Positions 48,051 to 60,385 of a DNA stretch of 64,000 nt are shown here, piece after piece (positions within the stretch are counted from its first letter, which is position 1; each line of letters begins with the position of its first letter). Made by a program: the position numbers and the translations under genes. The DNA is from Chiloscyllium plagiosum. Its lineage: Eukaryota. Location: assembly GCF_004010195.1 (NCBI RefSeq), contig NC_057751.1, positions 9,869,457 to 9,933,456 on the forward strand, given 5' to 3'. Under the pieces are notes generated by a model that worked only from the letters and a program-made list of their open reading frames with translations, did not search any database and was not told the origin of the DNA.

Positions 48051-48285
48051 ATGTCAGAGAAGGGTAAAGAGGCATCATGATTCTCTGACAAGGACAGGTC
48101 CTCGTGGAAGGGTTAGTGCAAAGCAGGGGAGTCCTCTTCCTAGAGGACCGGCAGAGGAGGCCACACCACCGGACGCTGGCAGCCTGGTCTGAGATCACCA
48201 TTTGGCGAGGTGCGGTCTTACTCATGTGGAGGACTGGCCAGCAGCTCGGCAAGGAGGTCAGTGATGTTGTCCATTCTGCCTGGCT
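48051..48285 (+). mobile_element. PIF/Harbinger Myb/SANT-like ORF relic
   Basis: MSEKGKEAS*FSDKD / VLVEGLVQSRGVLF..TLAAWSEI..WRTGQQLGKEVSDV fits the Myb_DNA-bind_5 pattern; contains a stop and a frameshift. Confidence 0.6.
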
Positions 48286-48790
48286 AAATGTCACAGCCTT
48301 ATCTCTCACTCTCTCTCACTCTCTCTGTGACTATACCCACCTCCTGCCAATGGTCAGGTTCAACCACTCTCAATATTTCCTGCAACATTTTGCACTTGTT
48401 CGAGATCAGCCCACAACCCCCAAACCACGAACCCTGCATGGCCTCTGCACTTGCTACCCATTTGGCCGGGACACCTAGTCACCTGTCGACTTACTTAACT
48501 GTGCCATCTACTTTCACCTCTCTCAATCCTTCCCTTTTTCTCAGAGCAGGAGAAAACAGTCCTTCCATAATAAGGAGGAAGGACCCAGGATGGGTAGAAG
48601 AGTGCTCAATATCAGGTTTCTCACCCATTACGAGGAGAGAATCTTGTCTCAGCATGTTCGATTTGCCAGGGATTATTGGGCCCATGTTCTCAACTGTGCG
48701 CATTCACTCTACTGTCAGTGTCATTGATTACACACCAGTTTGAACCATTAGCTGAGATTCCCTCTCTCATCCTTAAACTAACCTCACATT

Positions 48791-48930
48791 AGGAGAAAGT
48801 GAGGACTGCAGATGCTAGAGAATCAAAGTTGAGAGTGTGGTGCTGGAAAAGCACAGCAGGTCAAGCAGAATCCAAGCAGCACGAGAATTGATGTTTTGGG
48901 CATAAGCCCTTCATCAGGAATGAGGCTCAA
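48791..48930 (-). mobile_element. Penelope terminal-repeat fragment with hammerhead-like core and 11-bp TSD
   Basis: Minus strand reads CTGATGA-AGGGC-TTAT-GCCC-AAAACATC; TSD AACCTCACATT at 48780-48790 and 48931-48941. Confidence 0.85.
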
Positions 48931-49739
48931 AACCTCACATTGGTGCAGTCTCTTCTACATAACCACCCACTCAAGGTATGATCACGCCATTTTCTTTCAC
49001 CATGCATAGTTTAAAATTTCAGGACAATGGACGACGACAACAAATGTAGTTCAGCTACGAGTCTCCAGCCTCCGCTTCTAAGCGTTGGTAAGGCCCCTAA
49101 AATCCAGATCCGCTTCCTGAGAGACCTTCATATGAACCAATTGGCTTCTGAACTCTCCATTTCTCCACTCAGTTCATTGACATGAGCCTTTAACTGCCCA
49201 CCTCTACCCCCCAGCCTTGACAACCTGGCAAATGAGATGAACATGCCACGTATGGACATATGCTCCTCCCCACCTTGGAACAGGATATTCCTGACCGTAG
49301 TAGAACACCCTGCCCACATGATCAAATTCCAATCGGTGTCTTAGGACATAAACCTTTTACAAATGCACAAGTCCAATCTTCACAATTGTCATCCCCTCTT
49401 TTGTACAGCTTGTAGCTTCTAATCTCGACAAATAGCTTGTGGGGTCCCTGATCCATAGCAACAGCCTCCTCCCCATCTTCAACTCCTTTTCCTCATTTCT
49501 CTTGATAAATATGCTAAGTGATCATGGAGACTTGAGTGACTTAACCGGACTGTTCTGGGGCAGATGTCCTATCCTCCCAGTCTAGCTGCTTTGGAGCCAC
49601 AGCATTGACCATGAACTGCTGTCTGGACTGTAGATGGATGAACAGCCTGAACATCCTGACTGGATGCCTGACTGTGGCCAATTCCCTCAATTGGTATCGA
49701 AAGCCTGTCCTTGACTTACTTGCTAGGCCCCCCTTACTG

Positions 49740-51630
49740 ATGGGTGCCCAAAACTGCACACAATTCTCCAAATGTGTCTGACCAGGGCCTCATAGAGCCT
49801 CAGAAGTACATCCCTGCTTTCATATTCAAAATAAATAGTCATTGCATTTGCCTTCTTAACTACTGACTCAACCTGCAAGTTTACCTTGAGAGAATCTTGC
49901 ACTAGAACTTCCAAGTCTCTTTGCACTTCAGACTTCTGGTTTTTAGAAAATAGTCTATGCTTCTAGTCTTCCTTACCAAGGTGCATGACTTCACATTTTC
50001 CCCCTTTGTAGTCTATCTGCCACTTCTTTGCTCATTCTCCTCACCTGTCCAGCCTTCCCCTCTCCTCAATGCTACCTGTCCCTTAGCCAGAATGCCCTCA
50101 GTTCCTTCATCTAGATCGTTAATGTATCAAGTGGAAAGATGTGGTCCCAACACTGAGCCTTGCAGAACATCACTTGTCATCGGGTGCTGTGCTGAGAACG
50201 ACTCTTTTATTCCCACTCTCTGCTTTTTGCCAGACGGCCAAGCTTCTATCCATGCTAGCACCTTGCCTCTGACAACATGGTCTCTTATCTTACTCAGTAG
50301 TCTCCTGTGCAGCACCTTGTCAAAGGCCTTCTTGAAGTCCAGAAGATAACATCCATTGGCTCTCCTTGGTCTAATCTGTTTGTTACTTCCTCAAAGAATT
50401 CTAGCAGAACCTCCCCTTGAGGAAATCATGCCAACTCTGCCCTATTTTACCATACACTTCCAAGTATTCAGAACCCACACCTGAGATTAGGCTAATTGGA
50501 CTGTAATTTTCCGTCTTTTGCTTTACTCTCTTTTAAAACAGGGGTGTTATGTTAGCGATTTTCCAGTCCTCTGGGACCCTCCCTGATGATAGCGATTCCT
50601 AAAAGATCACCACTAAAGCCGCCACAATCTCTTCAGAACTCTGGGGTATAGTCCATTTGGTCCAGATCCATCTTCAGGCCATTCAATTTTTCCTGCACCG
50701 TCTCCTTGGTGATGGCCTCCAGCTCAGCTCTGCCCCTTGACTGTCTTGAATTTTTGGGATATTCCCGATGTCTTACACCGTGAAGACTGACACGAAGTAA
50801 TTATTCAGTTCCTCAGCCATTTCCTTGTTCCGTACTACTATCTCTGCAGCGTCTTTTTCCAGCGGCCCAATGTCGACTTTTGCCTCTCTTTTGCTCTTTA
50901 TATATCTAAAGAAACTCTTACACTCTTACTTTGCATTACTGGCTAGTTTACCCTCATATTTCATCTTCTCCCTCCTTACTTTTTTTTTGTTGCCCTCTGT
51001 TGGTCTTTCTGAGCTTCCTAACCTCTGGTTTCCCACTGCCCTTCACCACATTATATGCTTTCTCTTTTGCTTTCACACTATCCCTGACCTCACTAGTCAG
51101 CCCTGATTGCCTCATCCTCCCTGTATCATACTTCTTTCTCGTCGGGATGATTTTTTGCTGTGTCTCCTGAATTACTCCCAGAAACTCCTTCCACTGTCTT
51201 TCCTGCTAGACTCCTCTCCCAGTCAATTGTACCCTGCTCCTCCCTCATGCCTCTGTAATTGCCTTTATTCAGCTATAATAGCGTTATCTCTGATTCTATC
51301 TTTTCCCTGTCAAATTGCAGAGTAACTTCAGTCATATTATGATCACTGCCTCCTGAGGATTCCTTCACCTTAAGCTCCCTTATCAAGTCTGCCTCATTGC
51401 ACAAACGAAATCCAGTATTGCCTGTTCCCTAGTAGGCACCACCACAAGCTGCTCCAAAAAGATATCTTGGAGACATTCCACAAATTCCTTTTCTTGCAAT
51501 CCACTACCAACTTGATTTTTCCCAGTCCATCTGCATATTGAAATCCCCATTACCACTGCAACTTTGCCTTTCCTGTATATCTTGTCTATCTCCTGGTGTA
51601 TTTTGTGCCCCAGCTCCTGACTACTCAGTT
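49740..51630 (-). mobile_element. CR1 LINE ORF2 relic
   Basis: YESRDVLLRLYEALVR, DFKKAFDKV-HRRLL, SDVLQGSVLGP and endonuclease SDH. Confidence 0.88.
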
Positions 51631-51639
51631 ATTCAGTCT

Positions 51640-52230
51640 GCTTTTGGTCTCTTCAGTGCACAGGAGGCTACATTGTGAGCAGCGAATGCAGTATGCTAGA
51701 TTTTAAAAAGTACAAGTCAAATATTGCTTCATTTGGAAGCTGTGTTTGGGGCGTTGGACAGCAAGGATGCAAAAGGAAGTGTTGAACACCAGACCTTCTG
51801 CAATGGTGTGAGAAGATGGCATGGAGGGTTGGGGGTGAGGAATTTAGAGTGACAGAGGAGTAGAAAGGAAAGATCAATCCCTGCAGCATGCTTACAAGAG
51901 ATGGGAGGGGAAGATGTTTTCAGTGATGACATCCTGCGGGAGGTAGGAAAATTGTGAAGATTGATCCTTTAAATGCAGAGGTTGTTGGGTGGAAGATGAG
52001 GATGAGGGGAATCTTGTTGTTTTTCTTGGGTTGGGAAGGGAAGTGGTGAGGACAGATGTGCTTGAAATGGGTCTGACACCATGGAGGGCCCAGTCACCCA
52101 TAGTGCAGGCAAATCATCAGTTGAAGACAAAGGAAAACATGTTGAAGGCAACACATACAACAAAGATGGAGAAACTGGGAGAATGGAAATAAGTCCTGAC
52201 ATGAAGTGGGGTGTGAGGAGCCACAGTCAA
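51640..52230 (-). mobile_element. Old Penelope RT/GIY-YIG relic
   Basis: Decayed minus-strand similarity to 14223-15300 (Y-GST..RFAAH-V, IFPS-PL-A). Confidence 0.55.
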
Positions 52231-52234
52231 GATA

Positions 52235-52505
52235 CTAAATTAGAGGGCATAGGTGAGTGGAGAAGGATCTGAGGGGAAACATTTTCTTACAGAGGATGGT
52301 ATGTGAATGGAATGAACTGCCAGAGGAAGCGATGGAGGCTGGTACAATTACAACTTTTAAAAGGCATCTGGATGGGTATATGAGTAGGAAGGGTTTAGAC
52401 GGATCTGGGCCACATGCTGACAAATAGGACTGGATAAGTTTGGGACAGATAGTTGGCAGGAATGAGTTAGACTGAAGGGTTGGTTTCTGTGCTGTATAAC
52501 TTGAC
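52235..52505 (+). mobile_element. CR1/HER1 3' end
   Basis: RGHR..DLRGNIFLQRMV-EWNELPE and a 3' tail shared with the HE1 SINE. Confidence 0.85.
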
Positions 52506-52889
52506 TTGATGCCAACTGAGTATCACCCAAGCAGCCATTCGTTTCCTATTTTCAATAATTTTATATCTCTATAAAAATAAATGTTTGAAGAAAATGATTA
52601 TTAATTTCACCATTTTATTCTCGAGGGTTGCACACACTTATTTGAAGAACAGTCATAGCAGATTTGAAACTTTAACTCTGTTTCTATCACACCAAATGGT
52701 GCCAGATCTGCGGAGTTCCTCCAGCATTTTGTGTTTGTTTCAGATTTCCAGCTTTCATTGTATTTTGCTTTTAGTACACACAATAATGTTGCTCAGATTG
52801 ATCCTCAATCCCAGTCCAGATTAATCATGCAGGATTGGCAACCCCACACTGTGGAGGTCAGGAGTCCTGTGCAGCAATAAAACTGCTGA

Positions 52890-53400
52890 GTAAAACTTGC
52901 AGCTGAATCTTAGCAAAAGCTATCCTGGAGACATTGTTGTCAAATTTCACGGAGGGTTTCTTTCTGTGTGGCTGACCACTTTTTCTCATGTTGTCTTTCC
53001 AAACTCACCTTATGAATTGTGCACAAGATCCCACGGTACCTCGCTTGTCCTATTCTCCTACTTGGTGCAGGCCGAAGTACCATTCACTGTCAGGACCTCG
53101 GCGGAGTCCCAGTGCTGGTGCCATTTTTAAAGCCTGGCCATGCACCTGGTCAAGTGTAAGTGGTCTGCAACTGCCCTCCACGTTCATTTTACTTGTCCCA
53201 GACATGTCAGACATGGAGTAATTGGAATCTCACTTTGCTGACCAGGACTTAGAGGACCTGCTGGGCTGGCTATGCTTGTCATCACTACTCATGGAGTGTC
53301 CCCTGAGATGTTGGTGTTGGATGGAGGGTCAGAGTAGGAGCAAGTTAGAGATACCAGGTCATCATTCTGACCTTGATGTTGGAATTGTCACCATCCTTTT
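52890..53400 (-). mobile_element. Tx1/L1-like LINE relic (similar fragments at about 11580-12830 and 54700-54900)
   Basis: Decayed minus-strand YLRGHSM..A-PSRSSKSW..WDS and VLTVNG-S segments typical of Tx1 ORF2; recognised by pattern only. Confidence 0.45.
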
Positions 53401-53979
53401 TTTTAATCTGGTGGGTAAGAGAATGGGAAACTGCATATCCAAAAGGAGAGAAGATGCAAGAATGAGGATGTGAATGCATGTAAATCAGCCTTTCACCACC
53501 ATCTAGCTGTTTAACACTTGGTTGAAAATAGAATTTAGTGTTCTTAGCAGTGAGAAGCTAATCACTGGCCTTCTCACCCAGTTTTGCTAACTTTCTAATC
53601 ACGGTCCATGCCATTGAGGGGCTGGAAAAGCTCTTCCCTTTGTCTTAAGTGGCTTTACAAAGTGACTTTCATGGCAGTAAATTTGTTGTTGAAGGCTCAC
53701 TCATTGGCAGACACTCAGATCATTCAAATCCATGTGCTCTTATAAGTCGTGCAGTTTTGTGTAGTTTCTTAATTTCCAGATTGCTTCCTTTGAATTTTCT
53801 CCCCTTACCTGTCTGTATAAGCATCATCTCACTTGGAATTGCTTCTGTTCTTCTCCTTTGAATGAACCAACAACTGGAGGAGAGGTTCATCAGTTTCTGC
53901 CTAAGTTACCAGGAGAAAAACGGCAGTTAGACCAAATAAGACAGGAAATGAACAGTCGTCTACTAGTCCTATCAGCCAA

Positions 53980-54330
53980 GAAATATTTTCTTTGATATTT
54001 CTGAAGCAATGCTGGAGAAGAATGCATTTCACCAGGCTATAACTGACCTTAGCAGTCTCCTGAGACAGGACCCATTGCCTGCTGGGTGAGTGACCATGCT
54101 TTACTAGTGGCTGTCAAAGTCACCACACAAGGAGCTATTTTCCCATTGGCTCCTTCCAGATTGCTGCAGGGGACATGATATAACAGTATTCAGTAATGTT
54201 GCATTCTGCACATCAGAAGCTGAACTATCAGCTTGTGTAAAAGGAGTCCACTTGATCAACGTGTGACTGATATTTAATCAGCACAAAAAGCAAGATTTGA
54301 ATGATAGTATTTTCCAATATGAATGACCTC
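53980..54330 (+). mobile_element. PIF/Harbinger (HARBI1-like) DDE transposase relic
   Basis: HALLVAVKVT, F-IGSFQIAAGD and KGVHLINV resemble Harbinger ALPVAVKVT / GSFQ..GD / KGFHSINV; frameshifted. Confidence 0.55.
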
Positions 54331-54487
54331 TGCAGGTACATTGTGATATTAGCCACCTCTACCAGTGCATTGTCCTGGAGAAGGGTTTTTGGAGGTAGTT
54401 CATTGTCACTAATCCTCCTGTTCTTCAGCCTGTCTCATGAGTAGCCACTGTGGATCAGAAAAGGAAAAGGTAACAGGTATTGTTGCA

Positions 54488-54656
54488 TGATAGTAGCAAG
54501 TATAGCTATATTTCTCAGACATGATGACGACACTCAAATACTAATCACTTACCTTCCCGCCCAGCTATGCGCTCCAACCTCACTTCCGCTGCTCCCACTC
54601 AAATGACCGTTGGTGATAGTAGCAAGTATAGCTATATTTCTCAGACATGATGACGA
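54488..54656. repeat. Perfect 43-bp direct repeat flanking an 83-bp GC-rich insert
   Basis: TGATAGTAGCAAGTATAGCTATATTTCTCAGACATGATGACGA at 54488-54530 and 54614-54656. Confidence 0.95.
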
Positions 54657-55684
54657 GGACCTTCAGGAGCTGGTAGAGATACATCTGGTCCCTCTGAAAG
54701 CTTGAATGGAGCTGCCAAGAGCCAAATGTCATCTTGAGCAGGAAGACCACATAGAATTATATGGCCCAGTTCTCCAGGACCTTTCTCACCTCTCTGGAAA
54801 TGTTGAAGCCATTATTTCAGTCAATGCCAAGAAACCTAAACAACACACTCAAAGCAGGGACTTTTTAAATCAGAGATTATTTTCCATCAGAGAAAATATG
54901 TTGGGATACAGTGTCGGAGTAATCTGTGAAACAGTAAGTGGTCAGCCTACTACTGGGACTAACAAGAGACTATGAACCTATGTTTCCCAAAGCTGTGCAC
55001 CACTTGAATTTTCCTCACGTTGTCTGTCTCTGCGTAATCTAATTTCTGGAGAATAATTCATCAGCAACTCTAGTGGCATTGTGTCATTCAACTCTATTGG
55101 TATTGCGTGATATATTCAATTACTGCTGGGAGCCATTATTTCTGGTGACTAATGGTGGAGTTGGACCAGCATGATCTTCCTGGCCAATTTTGATTGTTTT
55201 GTTCACAAGGTCAACAAAGACCATCCAAATGAAGTGTTATTTCTGATGACAGCTGTTCATCCTGTCGTGGCCAGATTTTACAGTCAGATTTCAATTTCAT
55301 GCTCGACACAGACTTCTCAAATGGAACAAATGGTAAGTTTGAGGCTTCTTGCCTGGTTGACATTAAAATCCACTGGCTTAAAATGGACTTGGAGTTAAAA
55401 ATCAGATCCATGGATTTTGTAAGAAGCAGAGTAAGTGATGCTAGGGTGTTACAAAGGTAAAAATTATTCAAGGTGAAAGAATTTGGACTTCCTGTTTTTT
55501 AAGCAGGATAAGGATTCAATGTATTTCCAAGAAAATTAGTTTTTGGGACACATGGAAGCACAGGAATGACAGATCTGATTGCAATACAGTCTATATTGTA
55601 AAGGTAATTCTCAGGCTGGTGAAGATCACATGATAAATGATGCTCATGCAATTACTGACCAAACCTCTTGTCATGGATCCCCAG

Positions 55685-55760
55685 GCCTTCGGCTGCATTG
55701 ATCAGAACCGAGATGGAATTATCAGTAAACAGGACTTGAAGGAGACTTTTATGCAGCTGG
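55685..55760 (+). CDS. MYL7: MYL7 exon 3, [25 protein letters not shown](G)
   Basis: cccag| acceptor, G|gtaagt donor, 76 bp; EF-hand loop [12 protein letters not shown] preceded by MYL7-type CI. Confidence 0.96.
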
Positions 55761-56246
55761 GTAAGTGAACTGGGTCAGTTCTTGCTATTAACCTTCAGTT
55801 TTCCTTTCTGTCCAGTAGTTTCAAAACATTACAAGCATTATGTGATTTTTCAACATATATGAAAAGATTTAAGATAATATTTTCTAATCACCTTGTTCAG
55901 AAATGTTGGGACATACCTCCCAAAACACATGGGATGTGAATCCAGATCCCCTGGGATATAGGTAGGCACCCTATCATTGCAGCAGAAGAGCCCTGTCCAG
56001 TGATTTCAGTTTTAAAGCATTTACAGAGATGAATGGTGTCTGGGATTCAGTGTGACTGGCTGGAGAGACAGGCAATAGTGCAAAAGTGCTGCAATTGGTC
56101 CATGGTACTCATGGCTGATGCTTACTGGATTTTATCCCCACAGACCAATCCAATTTCTCCAGGAAGACACTGATCCAATTGTTAGAAAAAAATAGAAATG
56201 CTATCTGCAGTGATATGAACATTAACCTGTTTGAATATATTTATAG

Positions 56247-56351
56247 GTAAATTGAATACCAATGATGAAGAATTGGAAGAGATGTTGAAAGAGGGAAAGG
56301 GGCCAATGAACTTTACAGTGTTCCTTAGTCTGTTTGGAGAAAAACTGAATG
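56247..56351 (+). CDS. MYL7: MYL7 exon 4, (G)[34 protein letters not shown](G)
   Basis: tatag| acceptor, G|gtaacg donor, 105 bp; [19 protein letters not shown]. Confidence 0.96.
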
Positions 56352-56633
56352 GTAACGTAAAGACAGCGTTCTGACAGCAACTGGCTTATTCAATTAACTA
56401 ATTCATATATGTGATGGATCTCAAATCTTAGCATTATCTTTTTAATAGCACTGGAAAGATTTATTTCTACTTATTTCATGTCTGACAGTGCAGTGGTGAT
56501 GTAACCCATATTTGGAAGATGCCCTTGCCTCTGAGTCAGAAGGTCATTGGGTTTGATTCCAGTCCAGGTATTTGGGCATGAAACCTAGGCTGGCACACCA
56601 ATGCCATCTTTTGAATCAAGTGTTAAAGTGAAA

Positions 56634-57407
56634 TGTTACAACAAGGAGGTGAACCCCTCTACTAATGAAACCAAACAACCAGAAAGGCTCACTTTGCCTC
56701 ATCATCTGTTAAAATATGAGTGACAGAGAACTCCCAAATTCCACTATTTAAAAAAAACATCAATTTAATTTTTTAACTCGAAAAGTGAACATTAAACAAC
56801 AATTATTCACAACTCTAAGCCCCCTTTCTCTTAACTGCTTCTTATTTGCCTCCAAATTAATAACAATATGCTGTTACAGTAAGACACTTGTTAAAATTAC
56901 ATCAACTTAATTTCAAAACCACACAGCTGCTGTTGTCTTTTGTGACTTCACTCTTCTAGCTGCTGAATTCCCTGGATCATCTTCTTTCTTTTTACTGCGA
57001 GTATGATTCATATGAAAAGATATCTTTTAATACAGAGCATTGCTTAATTTCTTGGATCTGTCTTGATGGCAGTTGCTCTCTCTCCAATTTTAAAAATGCC
57101 CACATTTTTATATTCCCAACATTGGATCATCTCATTGGTTTGATGTTGGTAAAACAATAAATTCAAATTCAAATTGGGTTTTAGTATCCTGGGACATAAT
57201 TTAAACTGATTGGTTACATTCAAATTGTTGTCAAAATAACAACCAAAACTCAGGTATCTATTTCACAGCCAAATGTCACATATTTTCAATTTTCCAGTAA
57301 CTCTGGGACTGCCATCTAGTCATCGACACAGGGGTTTGTAAGCTCTCAGTTCAGAACAGCATTCATTCTCTCTTAAAAGTACTGTACATGCCTTCAACTT
57401 CATAACA
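56634..57407. mobile_element. Solo-LTR-like element (TGTTA...TAACA)
   Basis: 5-bp terminal inverted repeat, 774 bp, non-coding; interrupts the SINE. Confidence 0.6.
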
Positions 57408-57541
57408 AAACTCTCTGTGCTCCATCAAGTGTATCTAAATGGCACTAATTTTAAGAAAAGCAGGGTAGTTCTCACCTGCAATGTCACCATTATTTGTACC
57501 TCAACGAGCATCACTCAAACACAAAATGCATGGGACCTTGC

Positions 57542-59122
57542 TGTTATGGACCAGACCAGACCCCCTCAAAATGTTGCAAGAAAGTAGTCTCGACCCTAAC
57601 TTTGCGAGTTGTTTTAGAGTCATAGAGTCATAGAGATGTACAGCATGGAAACAGACCCTTCGGTCCAACCTGTCCATGCCGACCAGATATCCCAACCCAA
57701 TCTAGTCCCACCTGCCAGCACCCGGCCCATATCCCTCCAAACCCTTCCTATTCATATATCCATCTTAAATGTTGCAATTGTACCACCCTCCACCACTTCC
57801 TCTGACAGGTCATTCCATATACGCACCACCCTCTGCGTGAAAAAGTTGCCCCTTAGGTCTCTTTTATATCTTTCCCCTCTCACCCTAAACCTATGCCCTC
57901 TAGTTCTGGACTCCCCGACCCTAGGAAAAAGACTTTNNNNNNNNNNNNNNNNNNNNNNNNNNNNNNNNNNNNNNNNNNNNNNNNNNNNNNNNNNNNNNNN
58001 NNNNNNNNNNNNNNNNNNNNNNNNNNNNNNNNNNNNNNNNNNNNNNNNNNNNNNNNNNNNNNNNNNNNNNNNNNNNNNNNNNNNNNNNNNNNNNNNNNNN
58101 NNNNNNNNNNNNNNNNNNNNNNNNNNNNNNNNNNNNNNNNNNNNNNNNNNNNNNNNNNNNNNNNNNNNNNNNNNNNNNNNNNNNNNNNNNNNNNNNNNNN
58201 NNNNNNNNNNNNNNNNNNNNNNNNNNNNNNNNNNNNNNNNNNNNNNNNNNNNNNNNNNNNNNNNNNNNNNNNNNNNNNNNNNNNNNNNNNNNNNNNNNNN
58301 NNNNNNNNNNNNNNNNNNNNNNNNNNNNNNNNNNNNNNNNNNNNNNNNNNNNNNNNNNNNNNNNNNNNNNNNNNNNNNNNNNNNNNNNNNNNNNNNNNNC
58401 TTCTACCTTTGAGCCAGTTCTGTATCCAAATGGCTAGTTCTCCCTGTTTTCCATGAGGTCTAACCTTGCTAATCAGTCTCCCATGGGGGACCTTGTCGAA
58501 CGCCTTACTGAAGTCCATATAGATCACATCTACTGCTCTGCCCTCATCAATGTTCTTTGTTACTTCTTTAAAAAAACTTAATCACGTTTGTGAGACAGGA
58601 TTTCCCACGCACAAAGCAGGGATGCTGCTGGCCAATTTACTTAGCTTTAAACAAAACAGAATTTCTTTACCAGATTACTGAATGAAACACAAACAAAAGA
58701 GAACAGAATAACTTGACAATTCCAAAAACTCAACTTAATGATGCTGTTCCAAATACTTGCTACAATCCCCATAAACGTCCCTTGGCACAAGGGTAAAATC
58801 AAAAACAAGGTCTTACAGGAGAGAAGTCAAAGAGAGGGGATCAGCATCAACCTGTTTCTCTTGGATCCAACAGCTTCACAACTCTACTGTTTGATAACCA
58901 AACCAAACAAGGGAATAGCTGAGCTGGGAGAACTTGTCACTCCCCTTTCACTGTACAAGTGTCTTTTTAAACTTACAAGCCTGAGGCAGTATCTGTTAGC
59001 TATAATCAAACTGGGCCTAAAACCCTTCAACTTAGACTTTTCGGAGTCTGTGTCTTATACGACCTCTCTGAAGAAAAACAAGGACAACATAACATTGTTA
59101 AAGGAGCAACCTCAGGACATCA
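57542..59122 (-). mobile_element. LTR-like element containing a young CR1 fragment (about 57616-58617, minus strand)
   Basis: Starts TGTTATGGACCAGACC; its reverse complement resembles the end of 62376-63016. CR1 MDFSKAFDKVPHGRL and the TATGACTC tail lie inside. Confidence 0.6.
57937..58399. other. Assembly gap (463 N) inside a CR1 copy in MYL7 intron 4
   Basis: Run of N; both flanks are collinear minus-strand CR1 sequence. Confidence 0.99.
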
Positions 59123-59337
59123 CTGAGTGCAAATTGGTTGCTGCATTTCCTTAATCACAACAGGTACTGCACTGCAAAACATTTGTTTGGCTACAAAGTG
59201 TTTTGAGATGTTCTTATGGGTGTAACTGCAAGTCTTTCTTTCTGTTTTCATTGCCACATTATGCAATTTTAGCCATTCCAGCCCAAATGCTGGTGCTAGC
59301 AAGGGCAATTAATTTGAAGTTTATTTTATCTCAATAG

Positions 59338-59416
59338 GAAGTGACCCAGAAGAAACCATCTTAAATGCCTTCAAATTGTTTGATCCCCAAGGAACAGGGC
59401 ATGTCAAGAAGGATGA
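59338..59416 (+). CDS. MYL7: MYL7 exon 5, (G)SDPEETILNAFKLFDPQGTGHVKKD(E)
   Basis: aatag| acceptor, GA|gtgagt donor, 79 bp. Confidence 0.96.
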
Positions 59417-59560
59417 GTGAGTTGCAAAGTCACTGCAAATGTTGCATGAGGCTGTACTTTTAGTATTTCAGCTGATACCTTCTTCCTGTAAATTTCTGAT
59501 ATTCAGCATAATGTGATTAGCATCAGAACTTCTTGATACAAGCTACTTAAAGACAGTGTG

Positions 59561-59749
59561 GAGAAAGTGAGGACTGCAAATGCTGAAGATCAGTGTCGAA
59601 AAGGGTGGTGCTGGAAAAGCACAGTCAGTCAGGCAGCATCCGAGGAGCAGGAGAATCTTTTCTGATGAAGAGTTCATGTTCGAAGCATTGACTTTCCTGC
59701 TCCTCAGATGGTGCCTGACTGACTGTGCCTTTCCAGCACCACACTTACT
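59561..59749. mobile_element. Penelope-derived fold-back element with TSD
   Basis: Inverted arms share the variant CAGTCAGTC/GACTGACTG; CTGATGA at 59662; GACAGTGTG at 59552-59560 and 59750-59758. Confidence 0.82.
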
Positions 59750-60336
59750 GACAGTGTGTCCATAAATCGATCAAGGCAGTTGTTTACTTATGGTGATGCT
59801 ATTAGTTGTCTTGCTACTACAAGTTTTCTAACACCTTGAGAGTTGGAAGCACTGACTGATGGAGAGACAGAGTTGTTATAGTGTTCAAGATTACACTTGT
59901 CTGTATGTGCAGCCCTTTAGAATAAAATGTTTTGGAGTATGGCAACACAAAGTTATGTCAATGATTGAGTAATTCGCGGGCATGGACTGATGATCCAAAG
60001 GTGTGACTACTGCGAGTTGACAGGCACTTTCACTTCAAATAATTTGAAAGTAAAAAGACAGGACCTTTATTGATGACCTTAGAAACTTCTCTGGCACAAA
60101 AGACGATGTAGTATCCTGAAGACGTGAAAAGTGCTCTTGAATGACACATTACATTTGTTCAAATCACTGACCAAGGATAAAGAAAAGGCTGATTAGATTT
60201 CATGCATTTGAACTAATGGTGGATTAAACGAAGATAATTCCATACCATTAAGTTTAATCCACTCTTGATCAAATTTAGAAAAAAACATTAATATCTTGCA
60301 TCTGAACATTGGGTATGCTTTTCTCTTGCTTTACAG

Positions 60337-60385
60337 ATTTAAGAGACTCCTGATGACACAAGCCGATAAATTCAGTGCAGATGAG
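60337..60385 (+). CDS. MYL7: MYL7 exon 6, FKRLLMTQADKFSADE
   Basis: tacag| acceptor, GAG|gtgaga donor, 49 bp; LL-TQADKFS motif. Confidence 0.96.

Larger units (their letters stand above)
56485..59243 (+). mobile_element. Deu-domain (SacSINE1-like) SINE split by two LTR-like insertions
   Basis: Head at about 56485-56633 (GGGTTTGATTCC), middle 57408-57541 (ATGGCACTA..GGGACCTTGC), tail 59124-59243 (GCAAATTGGTTGCTGCATTTCC..TGCAAGTCTTTCTTT). Confidence 0.65.

Noticed and set aside
54488-54656. CRISPR-like repeat-spacer-repeat
   Set aside because: Only two repeats, an 83-bp spacer, a vertebrate intron and no cas genes; better explained as an insertion with duplication.
57636-58527. Long ORFs of 187-258 aa in the track
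   Set aside because: Artefacts of translating through the N gap within a CR1 copy.
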